Shown here one piece after another: positions 22,298-35,631 of a DNA stretch of 64,000 bases. The DNA is from Lophium mytilinum (Eukaryota). The notes under the pieces were generated by a model, which made no database searches, was not told the DNA's origin, and was given only the letters and a program-made list of their open reading frames with translations. Each line of letters starts with the position of its first letter. Within the stretch, counting starts at the first letter, position 1. A program made the position numbers and the translations under genes. Location: the NCBI GenBank assembly GCA_010093605.1, contig MU004203.1, forward strand, positions 264,391-328,390, in the 5' to 3' direction.

Positions 22298-24413
22298 ATG
22301 TCGCTAGAATCCGCTCTCGATGAGGAGAGAAGAGAGGTCATGGCCCTGCTCGAGGGAAGGGCTTCGGTGCCCCGACCTAGGCGGACAGATAGCCCGGGCG
22401 CTCGCGGACAAAGCCCTGCTGCGGCGGCGTCGCCAGTCCGCAGCATGCTCGATATTGGGCCCCATCCACCCCGGAGCATGCTGGATGTTGGGCCTACATC
22501 TGGTCGCTCTGCTTCCGTGGCGGGACAGGGCGCAGGAATTACCCGCCCACGAGTGGGATCTGGTAGCATACTCAATCCCAGCTCTCCACCGCGCAGCCCG
22601 AACCGCGTCCCAGGATCGCCGCCGCCGGTGGTCCATAACGCCATAGATAACCCGAACACGAACCCGGAAGCGTCCTACAACTTCGATATGATGCCGACGA
22701 TCGAGGCACGCTCGATGCCGTTGCGAGTCACACAGGGCGGGAAGAAGCCAAAGAATGCAGCTATGGCTTCAGTGTACGGCCATTCTACGGACATACTAGG
22801 AACGTCGCGAGACAAGAACGCGCGACACAACTCGACGGGCGGTCTGCTGGGCAAGAAGTCCAGCTCGCCACATGCTGGTCGATCTGCTTCCCCCGGCCTC
22901 AACACCAACTCCTTCAACCCCATGACAGACCCGAACAAATTCGTCCTCGATTCTGGCAAGGTCATGGATATGCAATCTGCGTATCGAAGGCTGTCTGATG
23001 CTGCATTGATGCGTTCTGGTGGTACTCTGTCGAAACTTCCGGTTCGAAAAGGATCTGACCCAACGAGGGGAGAGACTTTGGCTCCTGGAGGCGGTGTGAG
23101 GCTGGCAATTGACGATGAGAATGATGGAGATGAAGGTGCAGTTGAGAGCAGTGCTGATGATGCTGATTCCGATGGTAGCGATAGCGATCGCTGGGGCTCG
23201 GAAAAGGGCCGAGGACGGCGACGTAGCCGTGTTGCAGGGAAAACTAACAGTGATCCAGGGAAAAAGAAGGCGCCCAAAAGTTTGCTCGCTGCGGCCGAAG
23301 AAGAGCGTATTGAAGTTGGCAAGGAGGTCTACAAGGTTCGGTCGTTGTTAGAACCCCAGGTGACTGTCACTGGACCGGACGGGGAAAGGATGACGACTAA
23401 AGGAAAGTCTGGAGTCCACCCGCACACCAACTTCGACTCAGGTGGTGGGTCGGGTCTGTCGACCCCAGTGAGCTCAGATACTGAGGCCGACCTCTCAGAG
23501 ATCAAGACGGCGCAGATGATGTCAATGTCTATCTCGCCAATTGATTCGAGTCCGGAGGCGCATCGATGTGTTCGTCAAATCGTCCGGGGTAACTGGCGTA
23601 AGTTCCAGGAAGATGCCGAAGCTGGCTTGCGACGTCAACGTGTGTATCTTGTCGCTACTGATGTCAGCGAAGAAGCTGCTTATGCTTTGGAGTGGACGAT
23701 CGGCACCGTTCTGCGAGATGGCGATACCCTTCTCGCTGTGTACGCTGTTGATGAGGACACGGGTACTGGCGCAGAAGCTGGTGTTGGCATCGGACAGGGT
23801 GCCACTGCACAGCAAGAGACGGCTTCTTTGATGAAGGTACTGTCTACTCCCCAACACGTTGCGGGAGGTCTTAGCCCTGGACCGTCGCCATTGAGTCAGC
23901 ACATGTCCTTCTCGGAGCCCAACTTCAACAACATGCAGAAGACTGAAAAAGAGCGGTACCAAGCTGCGGTCGAGGTGTCGGATCGGTGTGTGAAACTACT
24001 CCGGAAGACTCGGCTGCAAGTCAGAGTGGTCGTGGAAGTATTTCACTGCAAAAGTCCAAAGCATATGCTTACGGAAGTTGTGAGTTGCCTGCACGATGCT
24101 GTCCTGAATCGTCATACTAATGTGTACAAAAGATCGATTTCTTGGAACCCACACTCGTTATCCTTGGCTCGAGGGGCCGAAGTGCCTTGAAGGGGTACGT
24201 ACCGAACGCTTTTCTTCGATAATTCTTGTACTAATACAATATAGCGTTCTTCTCGGCTCTTTCAGCAACTACCTCGTCACCAAATCATCTGTGCCGGTCA
24301 TGGTCGCCCGAAAGCGACTGCGCAAGCACAGCAAATACAAGCGAAAGAACATACGCATGTCTAACGTACTCACGAGTCCTAACTCGAGGTTGGCGACTGC
24401 TAAGATTGATTGA
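22298..24413 (+). CDS. Universal stress protein (Usp) domain protein with long low-complexity N-terminus
   Basis: Start MSLESALDEERRE. Usp motifs YLVATDVSEEAAYALEWTIG and ILGSRGRSALKGVLLGSFSNYLVTKSSVPVMVAR appear after splicing introns 24080-24132 and 24195-24244. Confidence 0.88.
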
Positions 24414-25473
24414 TGGATCAATTGATTGGTCATGATTGATAGTGTAATGGATTGATGGAAGACTCGGGCCCTGCTTGACTCCGCTGGGGAAGCTTGTGCG
24501 AAATTCGCAAATGCGTGTATCTAAGCCCTGCCTCCTCTCGTAGCCGGCTGGTTGGTATTACTTCATTCTTTCGGGCAGCTTTCCTTCTTCAGATTTGCCT
24601 GGGGTGGTGGATTGGGAGGCGGTTTCTTATTCGCCAGTTGCTGTAAAGCCAGCTGTGCGGATTTTTATTCATGCTGGCCTAGTATTAATGGATGGCTTTC
24701 TGGCAGTTTGGAAGGAGACCGTGTTTCGGCAACATGTAGTAGCAAGTCAGTGTCTCGGTGGTGGTCCTTTTCGGTTGGATACTAATGCTGGCGTTTGTCG
24801 ATTACCACCCAATCGAGCAAGGCGACAGTCTATTTGCGGCACTGCCTGACTCTGCACTACAGCTACAATTAGCCCATTGGTCCAAATACTATTACGGTGC
24901 CCTTGATTAAGAACTGCACATTCCCATTCTGGGAATCCCATTCGGGAAAGCCTATCTACAAAAAACAAACATGGAACTTTCAGCGTCGAAGATGAACAAG
25001 GCACCCCACTGTTTCTTCGCCGCCACAGTCCAGCCCCTCCTAACAAGCAGAAGAAGCAACTTTACGCGGCCCCGGTACTTTGAGTTTCAGCTCTGAGACG
25101 CCTCTCAACCACCACACTCCCATCACCATGTCGCATACTTCCAAAACTTGAAGCCTGAACTCTCTTTTTTCACCCGCGGCACAAACTTCTCAAGCCTACA
25201 TATACCCTCTACCCCACAATGCCCTCCCAGATGACTTATCCCCGCTAAGCTGCCCAGGGCCCTGGCCGCCAATCCTCACCGGTTTGCAAGGAAGGCAGTC
25301 CCAGCGTTCGAGCACGGCACGTGTGCACAAAGAAAGAAATATTTCATACTCCCCTATCACGCTTCCAATCAATCAAATCTATCATCAATCAATCGCTACT
25401 CGTACCTGTGTCCCGGATCTGGATCCCAACCACACCCAACCCAATTGCCGGCGACCGTCTATATATTCACCAA

Positions 25474-28031
25474 ATGTTCAACAACCCCCCACTAACCCGC
25501 CACGGCCAACTCGCCCTCATCCCCATCTCCCCCGCCGCGCTGGATACCTCCCGCCTCGCCGTCCACGTGCTCTCGCCCGCCGCGACTACTGCGCTGCTCG
25601 TGCCCCGCCACCCCTGGGGCGTGCGGCCCCAGCTCTCCGGATCCCAGCTCCTCGCGAACCTCCACCAGCTAGCCCCCGGCGTCGCGGACCTGTTTGCGCC
25701 GAAGAGCGCGGAGCTGCCGCGGCTGACGTTCCGGCTGGTGAATGAGGGGAAGGTGAAGGGGGCGGGGGCTGGGGAGCGGGCGCGGGAGGAGGAGGAGGAG
25801 GGGTATGTGGCGATGAGCTATTGCTGGCGGAAGAAGGTGGGGGGTGCGAGCCCGCCGGTGCCGATGAGGGAGAGGAGTAGGCCTGGGGCGTTGCCGTTTG
25901 GGTGGGTGAGGACGGTGGAAAGGTTTCCGATTCCGACGAGTGAGGGGATGTTTGCGGCGGTGTTGGGGGAGAGGAAGGGGGGCGGGGAGGGGAGGAGGGA
26001 GGGGGTGTGGTTTGATCAGGTGGGTTTGGGGTGTTTTCTCAATTCGGGGGGGATAGGGGGATAGGGGGTGTACGCGTATTGTAAGGGAAGAGGGTTCTTT
26101 AGGGTTCTTTGAGGGGTTCTTTGAAGGGTTCTTTTAAGGATTCTTCCAAGGATTCTATTCAGGGAGGGCTAGCTGACGATGATGCGTGATAGGTCTGCAT
26201 CAACCAAGATGACGAGAACGAGAAGGCCGTTTCTATTGGGGCGATGGATTCGATCTATAAGAATGCCCGGGCGGTGGTCATTGCGCTCGACGACATCGAA
26301 GCAGAGCCGGAAGAGGTGGCCTTTCTACACCATTATATCCAGGCGTACGAGAACGCGTCGGAACCATTGACTACACAGCCGAACTGGGGTCAACGCCCAC
26401 CCTTTATGCATACACAGCCTGCTTTTAATTCATTCTTCACGCGGGTGCTACACTCGGTGTGGTTTGAGAGGGCCTGGTGCGGCCATGAGATGAGGCTAGG
26501 ACGGACACATGTGTTTCTCGTACCATGCAGAGCAGCGAGTCCGGAAGACCCGTATACGTTCATCAGGTTCACGGGGACCTTTTTCCTGCATATGCTGACC
26601 TTGTCCAGCGAGGTCATGGCAACAATACCAGCCCACGAGGCTCGCAAGACAGCGCTTCAGCAGCTTTTTGGCCGGAGATCACTCATATATGAACGGGAGG
26701 CGTTTCTAGCTCAGAATCCAGGGGCTGATCTCCCGCCACTACCAGAGCCAATCGTCCTGGTGACGATGATGGCAGACGTCTTCGGCATGAAAGCAGGGGG
26801 GAATCCACGGCTCCCTGAGCGAGTAAGAGCTCTCGACGCCAACAGAGATAAAGTTTCCATCGTACTCAACACAGCCGGTTTACCACTAGCCCTAAGACCA
26901 CAGAAGCATACCGATCCTCCCTTCACTGAAGACGTCTGCCTCCACGCCCTACTCCTAATTGGTCTCGCAGCGCGGGATCCCATAGCTCTCTGCACCACCG
27001 GCCCACCCCTGAGGCTGCCATCACCTCCCTCACCCTCACAGCACGACAACCCTTACCTCTCTCACATACCCACCCACTTCAACACCGCCACAACACCATC
27101 CTGGCTCCGCCGCCCCACACCCCTCGACATCGTCTCAGCCGGCTCCCAACTCCCCCGCTTCCCCCCCTTAACCGGCCCCCTAACCCTCGGCCACGACGGC
27201 CACAGCGACTTCATCCAACTCCCCCTGAACTTCTTGTCCTTCCCTACCCACCAACAACACCCCCTCCAACAACCCACCCCGCCACACATGCACCACCACC
27301 CCCCTCCAGACCTCCAATGGCCCGCCCACCTCGCCCGCGCCACCGCCTTCATCGACACCTGCATCACCACCCGCATCTCCTCCTACAACATGTGGCAATC
27401 GTGGCAGCCCGGGGTGGGAGGTGAGCCGCCGCACCCCCGCGCCGCCAGCATGGCCCACGCCTTCGCCGCCACCCTCGCCTGCGCGCTCTTCTGCGGCGCC
27501 CGCTGGACCCTCGACGTCGCGGCGCGCTTCGCCATCGGCAACACCCCGCCGCTAACCGCCGAAGCCCTCGCGATGCTGTTCAACCCCTACGTGGACCTCG
27601 GCGTGCATGTCAGGAGCCCCGAGGGCAGGGGGATGGCGACGCTGGTCGTGAATCTGCTCGCGACGCTGGTGGCGTATGGGATTCCGTGGGCGGCGGGGGA
27701 GAGCGAGGGGAGTGTGGTGCCAACGCCCGTGGGGCTGCCGGCGGATGCGGGGGAAGGGGCAGGGGGGTTGGGGGTGGTGTGGTTGCCGGTGGAGCAGGTG
27801 GTGGGCGGGTGGAGGGTGGTGGTGCCGGTGGCGGTTGGGGGAGGGGAGTTTGAGGCGTTGGCGAGGGGGTGGGTGGTTGAGGCGAAGAGGGCGGAGGGGG
27901 AGTGGGTGCTTAGGGGGAAGGGGGTCGTGTTTGGAGATCGCAGGTTTGATGCGAGTTTGGGGGCGTGTAGGGGGGTTGAGGGGTGTAGGGTTTTTGGACC
28001 GGCGGATTTTGTTGGAGGGAGGAGGGGGTAG
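25474..28031 (+). CDS. Divergent HET-domain protein
   Basis: Motifs YVAMSYCW, VWFDQ|VCINQDDENEK..IGAMDSIYKNA (across intron 26020-26192) and WFERAWCGHE. Confidence 0.8.
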
Positions 28032-30579
28032 AGGATAGGGGGTGTGGATTGATGGCCTGGCGCGGGTCGCTGGGTGCTTGTATGAATGTGGAGTTGGAGG
28101 CGTGAGGAGCGGGTCGTTTGTATGAAATCTATGAACTAGGTATCCCATGAATTGTTGGAATTAAAGGAGTGGAAAGAATACCAACCTGTTTTAGGACAGA
28201 TCGTGCAACACCGGCTGCTTTTGAGTGTACACGATGAGGCGGCTGATTATTGGTATTGAAGTTAGGTAGAGGAGGCATGCCTCAACAGCTATATAGAGTG
28301 GCATCTTCAATCCAAGGGCCCCAGAATATCTCAACGGCCGCCGGCATTCTTATCTCGTCGACCGCATCTTCAGAACGTCATGTGCCAGTCATGTGGCACC
28401 TAGTCCTTGGCATTGGAAATCAGCTATAAGAGCCAGCCGACCTGCTTTCTTGACTTCTTCTTTCTTCGTCACGATGGAGCCGGCTTCTGATCAACAATCC
28501 AACGCGTCGTCAAGCATCGAGGAGTCTAGTTGGGCTGGAGTGCAAAACCGACAGCTGAACGAGTCTATGGTGTCAGTGTGCTGCGACCTACTGCTGCAAA
28601 ACGCTTCGGAGATCGACTGATGGCTTGTCTGGACTGGGTGGGAGTGAAATAACTCGGAGAACGAGGAGTTGATGGGGACAAAAGGAGAGCAATGATGACG
28701 TTCAAAACCTGTTATGAATCACGCACGCTGTCTCCTACTCCTTTAATATTTCAGAGTCTTTCCTCCTCGCTGCTGAAACTCTCCGCTTGATGTTGCAGCA
28801 CATCATCATTAAAATCATCATCGAGACGCAGAAACCCAGTTTCCGACGCCCAAACCACTCCCACTCCCCAACCCATAAGTGTCTCTGACAGTCCAGTTTT
28901 GCAGCACCACAACGCCATGCGGCGGTGGCCATGGAAGTTTTTGATGTCCCGGTCCCTCGCTTGAAGAATTCCAACTTTTGAAACTAGAGATGTATTAATA
29001 TACTCGCAAAGAAGTCCTGCCACGTGCCATATCACGCGACCCAACCATTCAACCTCAACCGATGCTGCATTATTCCCAGAAGCCGAACCTAGGTCACGAG
29101 CGTCACATGCTTCGGAGACCAAAGCCTTCGATGCAGGTACTTCGGCCCAACTAAGATTGTGCCACTCTACAAATCTGTGATGGTCAGCTGACTGGGGCGA
29201 CTCCCAGATTTATCGATATAAATTCTTCTGGGCCTTCGAGTTGATTCCTTCTTCAGCGGAGGACCGAGATTCAGTCAAGAAGAGTCAGCAAAAGTTCCGA
29301 TGTGGAGAGGGAGGATTGGGGGAAACAGATGTACTTCGGGAGTGAGCTATGGAGAGTGTAGTAAAAACGGATCCATATCAGCTTCCATGGTGCGGACTTG
29401 GAGGGGTATCGACCTAACCTACACTCTTGCTTCATGGAGAGTGCGGATCGGTGTGGCGGGAGTGTTAGCTTCGGGGGTGATGATGAATAGCAGAGATGGA
29501 AGATGATGCTAGAGAGCTAAAAAGAAAAGGATACTGGACTATGTCAGTGTAGCGTTGATGATGCTATGAAGTATTAAGAGACGAAGATGACAATTATTGA
29601 CCACCATTCTGGGGGAATCCCATCCCTTCATCGCACGCAACTTCTTGAAGCTCACCAAGAGCTGAACACATGCTGTCACTAACTCAATGGGTTTGATTTC
29701 TGGACTCCCGGAGGCGTATTCTGGGCTTTGGATGGGGGTTATTTGGAAAACGATTTTTAATAGTAGAGATCGAGAAGAAGTCACACGATGCACGTGGCTC
29801 CTCTCTGTTTTGTTCTCTACGTAGAGTCACGCGGTAGTCATTAGTAGGGTCCCCGAACGGCATAACCGTCTAAGGTTCGACGGTGCAGGTTGGCGGCGTA
29901 TAAGTTGACGATTGGTATGGTGACAGTGAATTGAACGCTAAGCGGCAGTCCACAGCAGACTGCCACATAGCTGGATTCACCTCAGAAAGCTTTATGAAAT
30001 TCACTTGCTTAGCTCTTAATGTTGGGGAACACGAAGACAGCGTATGGTAGTGAGGCGCGCGAACTCTTAAGGAAGTAGAAATAAATTTCGGAGATCTGGA
30101 GCAGAAATACTAGCCTTGATTTGTGGGACTCGTACACAGCTTAGAACCTTTTTGGAATTTGAGCTACCGCAAATTGATCCATTAAGGCTGTAGGGACAGC
30201 ACTTTTGCTCCCTACTCATCCTTGTAGAAGGACTTAGCTCGCTCTATAGTCATGGTGAAGATACTTATCCTGCAGCAGGTTGCAATCTAGAGTCACTAGA
30301 ATCGTAACCTAGACCTCATCCGGTAGACGATGATCGCGAACCCCAAGCGACACCCATCTCCTGTCCTCAGATCCTGATATCAACCCAGAATTGCTCTGGT
30401 AGAGGTCATATGGTTCTGTCTTTGATGCTTTTGGTCCGACCTCATCACCTACTCCCGCTAGCAGATGATGACATAGCCTTGCCGGATGTCCCAAGGTGTC
30501 CATGTCCCCCCACTAGACTCTCTTGCTTTTTGTTCACGCAGCTTTTCGGTGTAATGTCCAGAGACCTGCCATACCCCCC

Positions 30580-31291
30580 TCATCCCATCCACTTGCCCAC
30601 ATTATTCGGAATCAACTTCTTATACACCTCAATCTGCTTCGCATGCATCACCAGCCTCATCTCCTGCAAATCCGTTCTTTCCTTCAATGTCGTATCCACT
30701 CTCCTCAACCCATTTCCATACACAACCGTAAAATCCGGAATTTCCGTATCAGGCGGTATAACACTCGCCGCCGTAATCGTGCAGAACTACCCCATCATTA
30801 GCCCAATTCAACACCAAACCCGCATTGCTTCCAACCCATCAACATACCCTCCCAATATCACACCCCCTCCCAACCCTAACACCCCCCTCCACAACCGTCC
30901 CCTCCCCCACCTCCTCCGCCTCCACCACCGCCCCCGTCTCAATCACCACCCCATTCCCCACCACCACTCCCGCAGTGGGCGGCGTCACGCCCCCGATACT
31001 CGCGCCCACCTCCGGCCCCCCCTGTACCCCTACGACCGCCCGCTCCGCCACACACACCCCCTCCCCGAGCAGCACTTTCCCGTGCACGCTGCTGATCTTC
31101 GCGTGCGGGTGCAGCACGACGTTGGCGGCGACGAGGATCGGGTGCGGGCCGGCGAGGGACGCGTGCTGCGCGATCAGCGCGCTGGGGTCGATGTTGAGGG
31201 CGGGCGGGCGAGGGAGCGCGGTTGAGGCGCGTTTGGAGGGGGTAGGGCGGGGTTTCGGGGTTGGTGGCGTGGGGGTGAGGGTGGCGGACAT
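30580..31291 (-). CDS. DCTN6: Dynactin subunit p27 (left-handed beta-helix, trimeric LpxA-like)
   Basis: Hexapeptide repeats VVLHPHAKI, VLLGEGVCVAER and VVVGNGVVIETGAVVEA. Intron 30847-30787. Exon 2 reads FCTITAASVIPPDTEIPDFTVVYG...KKLIPNNMGKWMG*. Confidence 0.75.
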
Positions 31292-31796
31292 ATTTAATTT
31301 GTAGAGTAGGGTTGGATGTAGGTTGTTTGGGTGGAATCGTGAGTAGAATAGGGTTGGTAGGAGCTTCTGCGGGGGTGGAATTGGTAGCACGTGGAGCCAG
31401 CGTCAGAGATGGTTGTGCGCTCTTTGTGGTGAGAGAAGATTGTTGCTTTGATTTGCTGGTGTGAAAATTGAGTAAGGTTGTAGTTTGTAATGGAGGCCCT
31501 AGAGGGTGAGGTGTATTGATCACGTGAGTTGTGCCCATTATCAACTCAGTCTTCAAAACACGATTCAAGGGTATCTAATAAACCTACGCAATAGCCGCTT
31601 TAGTAAACCATACTCATTCGTTAATCGCATCTAGCTAGTGTACAAGCCATTCGGCACCCCCCGAATCCCTACCAACCCTTCCAGCATATACCCTTTCCCA
31701 TCCATCCAATCCCAAAGGGCCAAGACAATCCCCGTACAAACCCCTCCAAACCCAACAGAACTCGCATCATGGTATATACGCACTCCCCTTGCTCAC

Positions 31797-34700
31797 TTAC
31801 ACAACGACCTTCTTAACCCCTTCTCCCCCTTCCTCCTCATCACTATCTGCACTCCTCGTCCGAAACAAATTCCCAAAGTGTCCCGGATTCAACCTACCAT
31901 CCCCCCTCTCCCCCTTCCCCTCCTTCCTCAACCCCACCCCGCCCGTGCCTTTAATCTCAATGCCCTCGCCATCATCCTCCAAACTCCCCATCTCGGTCGC
32001 TTCAATGGGACTATGCTCCTGCTCGTTCTCCAGTGGCTCATCATCGTCGTGCTCGTCATCGTCAGAGTGGTTGTCGTTATCGTTATCCGCGTCCGCGTCA
32101 TTGCCGTCTTTGTGTTCTGCCTCGAGAGCCTTCTTGCGTTGTGCCAGGCGCGCCGCGAATTGGCGCCTAGCACGCGTAGCGGGGATCTTGAGAGGGGGCG
32201 GGATCTCGAGCGAGGGGAGGCCAGAGCTGCTGGAGGGCTACAGATGGTGATAAGTCAGTCATGGTTCGTTAATGATACCCAGTCAAGCGCGTTGAGGAGA
32301 TACAATTGCAAGGAAGAAAGACAGAGACACAGTGACTTTATGAGTTGGAATACAATCATGCTTATCGTGTCTTGATCGTTTGTCATTTACTCTAGAAGAC
32401 GTACAGAGGGAGAGACGAGACAGAGGGAATGTACAAGCATCGCCCCAGAACAACCCCGATGAGGGATTGTGGGGCAAGATGTGGGGAGCATATATACGAA
32501 AGTGCCATTGACATAGGTCGTCGCCGTACACAGTCACGCAAGAACGCCGGCACACCAAGAAAACCATGAGGAGACATTGAGAAACGCACCAAAGACGCAC
32601 AGGGCATTGGCGATCATCGATACTCCATCTCGACATCTTCAAATGAGAGTTCACCCACTTGTTCCGAGTCGCTCACCGGCGTGTGCCTCTCACGGTCCTC
32701 GCCCTCCTCCATGTCCTCGTCTTCCTCGTCGCTGGAGTTGTTGAATCCGCTCAGTAGAGTTCCGCCTCCAAAGTTGTACCCGCCGCTTGCAGCGCCGTCG
32801 TTGTTACTGAGTTCCATGCTGTCCAGGCCGACGGAGCCGTTGCCGGCGAGTCCAGCGCTGGCCAGAGAAGAGTTGTTGCCGCCAAAGCCTGAGGCAGCGT
32901 TCACGGCGTTGAGGACAGCTTGGCGAGGGCCTACGCTCATGTCTGGCCGGACACCGCCCAGAATCGCGTTGTCTCGCTCTCTTGTTTCTGCTAGGGTTTG
33001 CTCGACATAATCGATCCATGTCTGGCTCATAACTTTGTCTAGCACCGACTGTGACAACAGCTCGGCAGGGTGTCGCTCAGTAAACTTAAGGACCTCTTCC
33101 GCAATAAGTGTGAGATGACCCATATATCCCAATCGCATGTTGGTCTCGGACTGGGCCTTGTCACTCGCTTGTTGGCCTTCTATGATCCTTTCAGTGATGC
33201 GTCCAGTCTCGAAAAGATCGATCGCCAGGTTGCGATTGAAGCCACGGTCCATTTGGCCATTGAATACCTGTTGCACAACGTCATACACAACATTATGGAG
33301 AAAATTGTTCCATGGGAACCTGAAAAAGAAGTCCTAGTATATTTTATTAGTTGAAGAAGAAGAAAAAAATGTGAAGAGCATTGCGTACCAGGATCGTCGG
33401 CACGACTTTGTTCTCAACAAACATCATTTTCAGCAAATCGCCGACGACTGGAGATCCGTCGATGTCAACTTCATAGTGAGCCGCGTATTGCCCCTCTGTG
33501 CCCAACAAAACCGACCGGGAGCTACTGGCATCATCTATTGGAGTTACTCCCGAGCCTTCACTCTCTGGTACACCTGCGGTAAAGTGAGCTGGGTTTAGCT
33601 GTGCTGGCTCTGCCGGCTTCGAGTTCTCACGTCTATTGGCGAATAGTGGCGCTGGCTTGTCGTCTGCGTGGGGTGACAAAGCGTCTGGTGGTTCTAACTC
33701 CTCGGGTTCTGGTTTGTTGAGTTGTTGTGTTAGTAGCGATCCCGGCTTCTTACTGGATGCCCCGTCCTTGGCTTGTTCTTCGGTTGGCGACGAGGTGCTC
33801 ATGACCGTATCGTTGTCGAGGTCAAGATCACCAACTTTCGCACTGAGCCCAGCCGAAGTGGGTGACTCTGCGGCTTCTGCTGGCGTACCGGTCGACTTTG
33901 CCTCCTCCTTGGATGAAGATGCGCTCTCTTTGGCCGGGGACAATGGCTCGTCCACGAATTCGCCATCAGCGTTCTCGGGCTTCTCAGAATCATGCTTTTG
34001 AGGTTGCGTCTTGGGAGACCTCTCCAGGGGTTCGCCAATTTCTTCCTTCTCGTCGAAGTCGTCTTTGGTCTCCTCTGGTATTGCATCTGAAGTCGCAACT
34101 TTCTCGAACTCCAATTCTTCTTCAGAATTGTTCTGCACCTCGAGTCTCTTGATCTCTTCCGGCGCCTCGCTTGAGGGTGCGCGCGCATGATGAAAACCGT
34201 GGCTGTCGACGCTGGTGCCAAAGTCGTCCATGTTCCTATTCTCTTTCGGTGTGAGTTTGCCTTCGGCCTTGAGGCGTTCTCTCTCAATGTCTCTTCGCTT
34301 GACCTCCGCCTCGCTGCCTCTCTCGTTCAACAAGGCCATGTTGCTGCAATGCAAAAGCTCTGCCATGAGTTCGCAAGTCTTGAATCGATCGAAGCCAAGA
34401 GGCTCTATCTTCTCGCCAAATGCGGCCTTGAGTTCCCTCCTCCGTGTCGTTGTAGTGCCGTCGCTATTAACAATCGTGTGATTAGGATTATGAACAAGCT
34501 CCATGAAATCTGGGATGTGTTTCGCGAACTGTCGAAGTAAAGTGCCGAGATATATTGGGTCCGAGCTCTTTGGTACTGGGCCGATCTGATTTTCTAGGTC
34601 GTAATCCGAATTGTTCTTACGAATGACTTCAATCACGATGCCAACTCCAACGGTCAGAGGATTACCTCCACGGAGCATGTCAGTGATAAGAGTTCGAATG

Positions 34701-35631
34701 CATTCCTCTGATACCAGCTGCCTCGTAAGCTCATTGGGACCGATGACAGACTGGTCTTGAGTCGTGGCATTAGCTGAGATTGTGATGATGGCTTTTAGGA
34801 AGTCCCCTGCAGATGTCTGTGTGGACGAGCACTGCTCAGGCGAGAGATACGCTAGCAGCTGAGGGATGAGGTTTTGTGATTGCAACCACTGTTCAGGATT
34901 CGTTAGACTAAGTTCTCGCTGAATTGGATGTTGACACTTACATCTACAATCCCCTGTCCCCCTTCACTCTTCTCCAAGCTGATGATCTTCAACAGCAAGT
35001 CCATTACCATGGGACAATCGACGTGCTGCAGCATATCTGGGACAACACTCTCGACTGATTTGAAGAAATCCAGCATTTCCTCCATCTTCCGGTCCAGGAG
35101 CGATTCATTGACCTTGGTGAAGTATCCAGCTTGCACTGGATCAAGTGGGGCAGGTTGTTTGAGGTAATTCCAGAACTGGCGAAGATTGTCCTGATTTTCG
35201 AGAACAGCTTCCGAGATGGACCAGACCTCGGAGGACAGAATCTCGCAGGCAACGTATGCATATTTCATTCTCTGCTTTTCTTCTTTGCTTTCCTCTGAGT
35301 CGGGCGACTCGGATTTCGTTATCGACATAGAACGTGCTTTGCCAGCAACCTTACCAAAGAAGCCCTCGCGGGGGGAACTACTCTCGATTTTTGCCCCTCC
35401 TTCGTCGGCAGCCTCGTCGGGCGAGGGGACGCGTTTGGCGGCGATGACATATCGGAGGAGGCGCTCGAGCACATTCTCGTCGCGCAGGTACTCGATCAGC
35501 TTCGAATTTTGCTGCTTCAGCTCCTGGATGAGATCCGACTCATCGAGCAATTCCTCAACCGTCAGATCAGGCTTGTCGAGGATGGCGTCAAGCGACGACA
35601 CCTGCGCATAGCCTCCGAAACGCCAGAACAT
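31797..35631 (-). CDS. SAP190: SIT4 phosphatase-associated (SAPS) protein, SAP185/SAP190/ekc1-like
   Basis: Start MFWRFGGYA. Motifs ELMAELLHCSNM, FFFRFPWNNFLHNVVYD and RLGYMGHLTLIAEEV. Introns 34941-34889 and 33388-33334, plus an optional 32658-32238; the unspliced form stops at 32614. Confidence 0.88.

Noticed and set aside
27552..28148. Pro/His/Arg-rich antisense ORFs here, and similar ones at 30410-31225 and 41096-42055
   Set aside because: By-products of the extreme C/G skew, which depletes stop codons, opposite real genes.
28290..29450. Short ORFs (e.g. 28751-29122, minus strand) suggesting a gene relic
   Set aside because: No recognisable motif and no consistent exon model.
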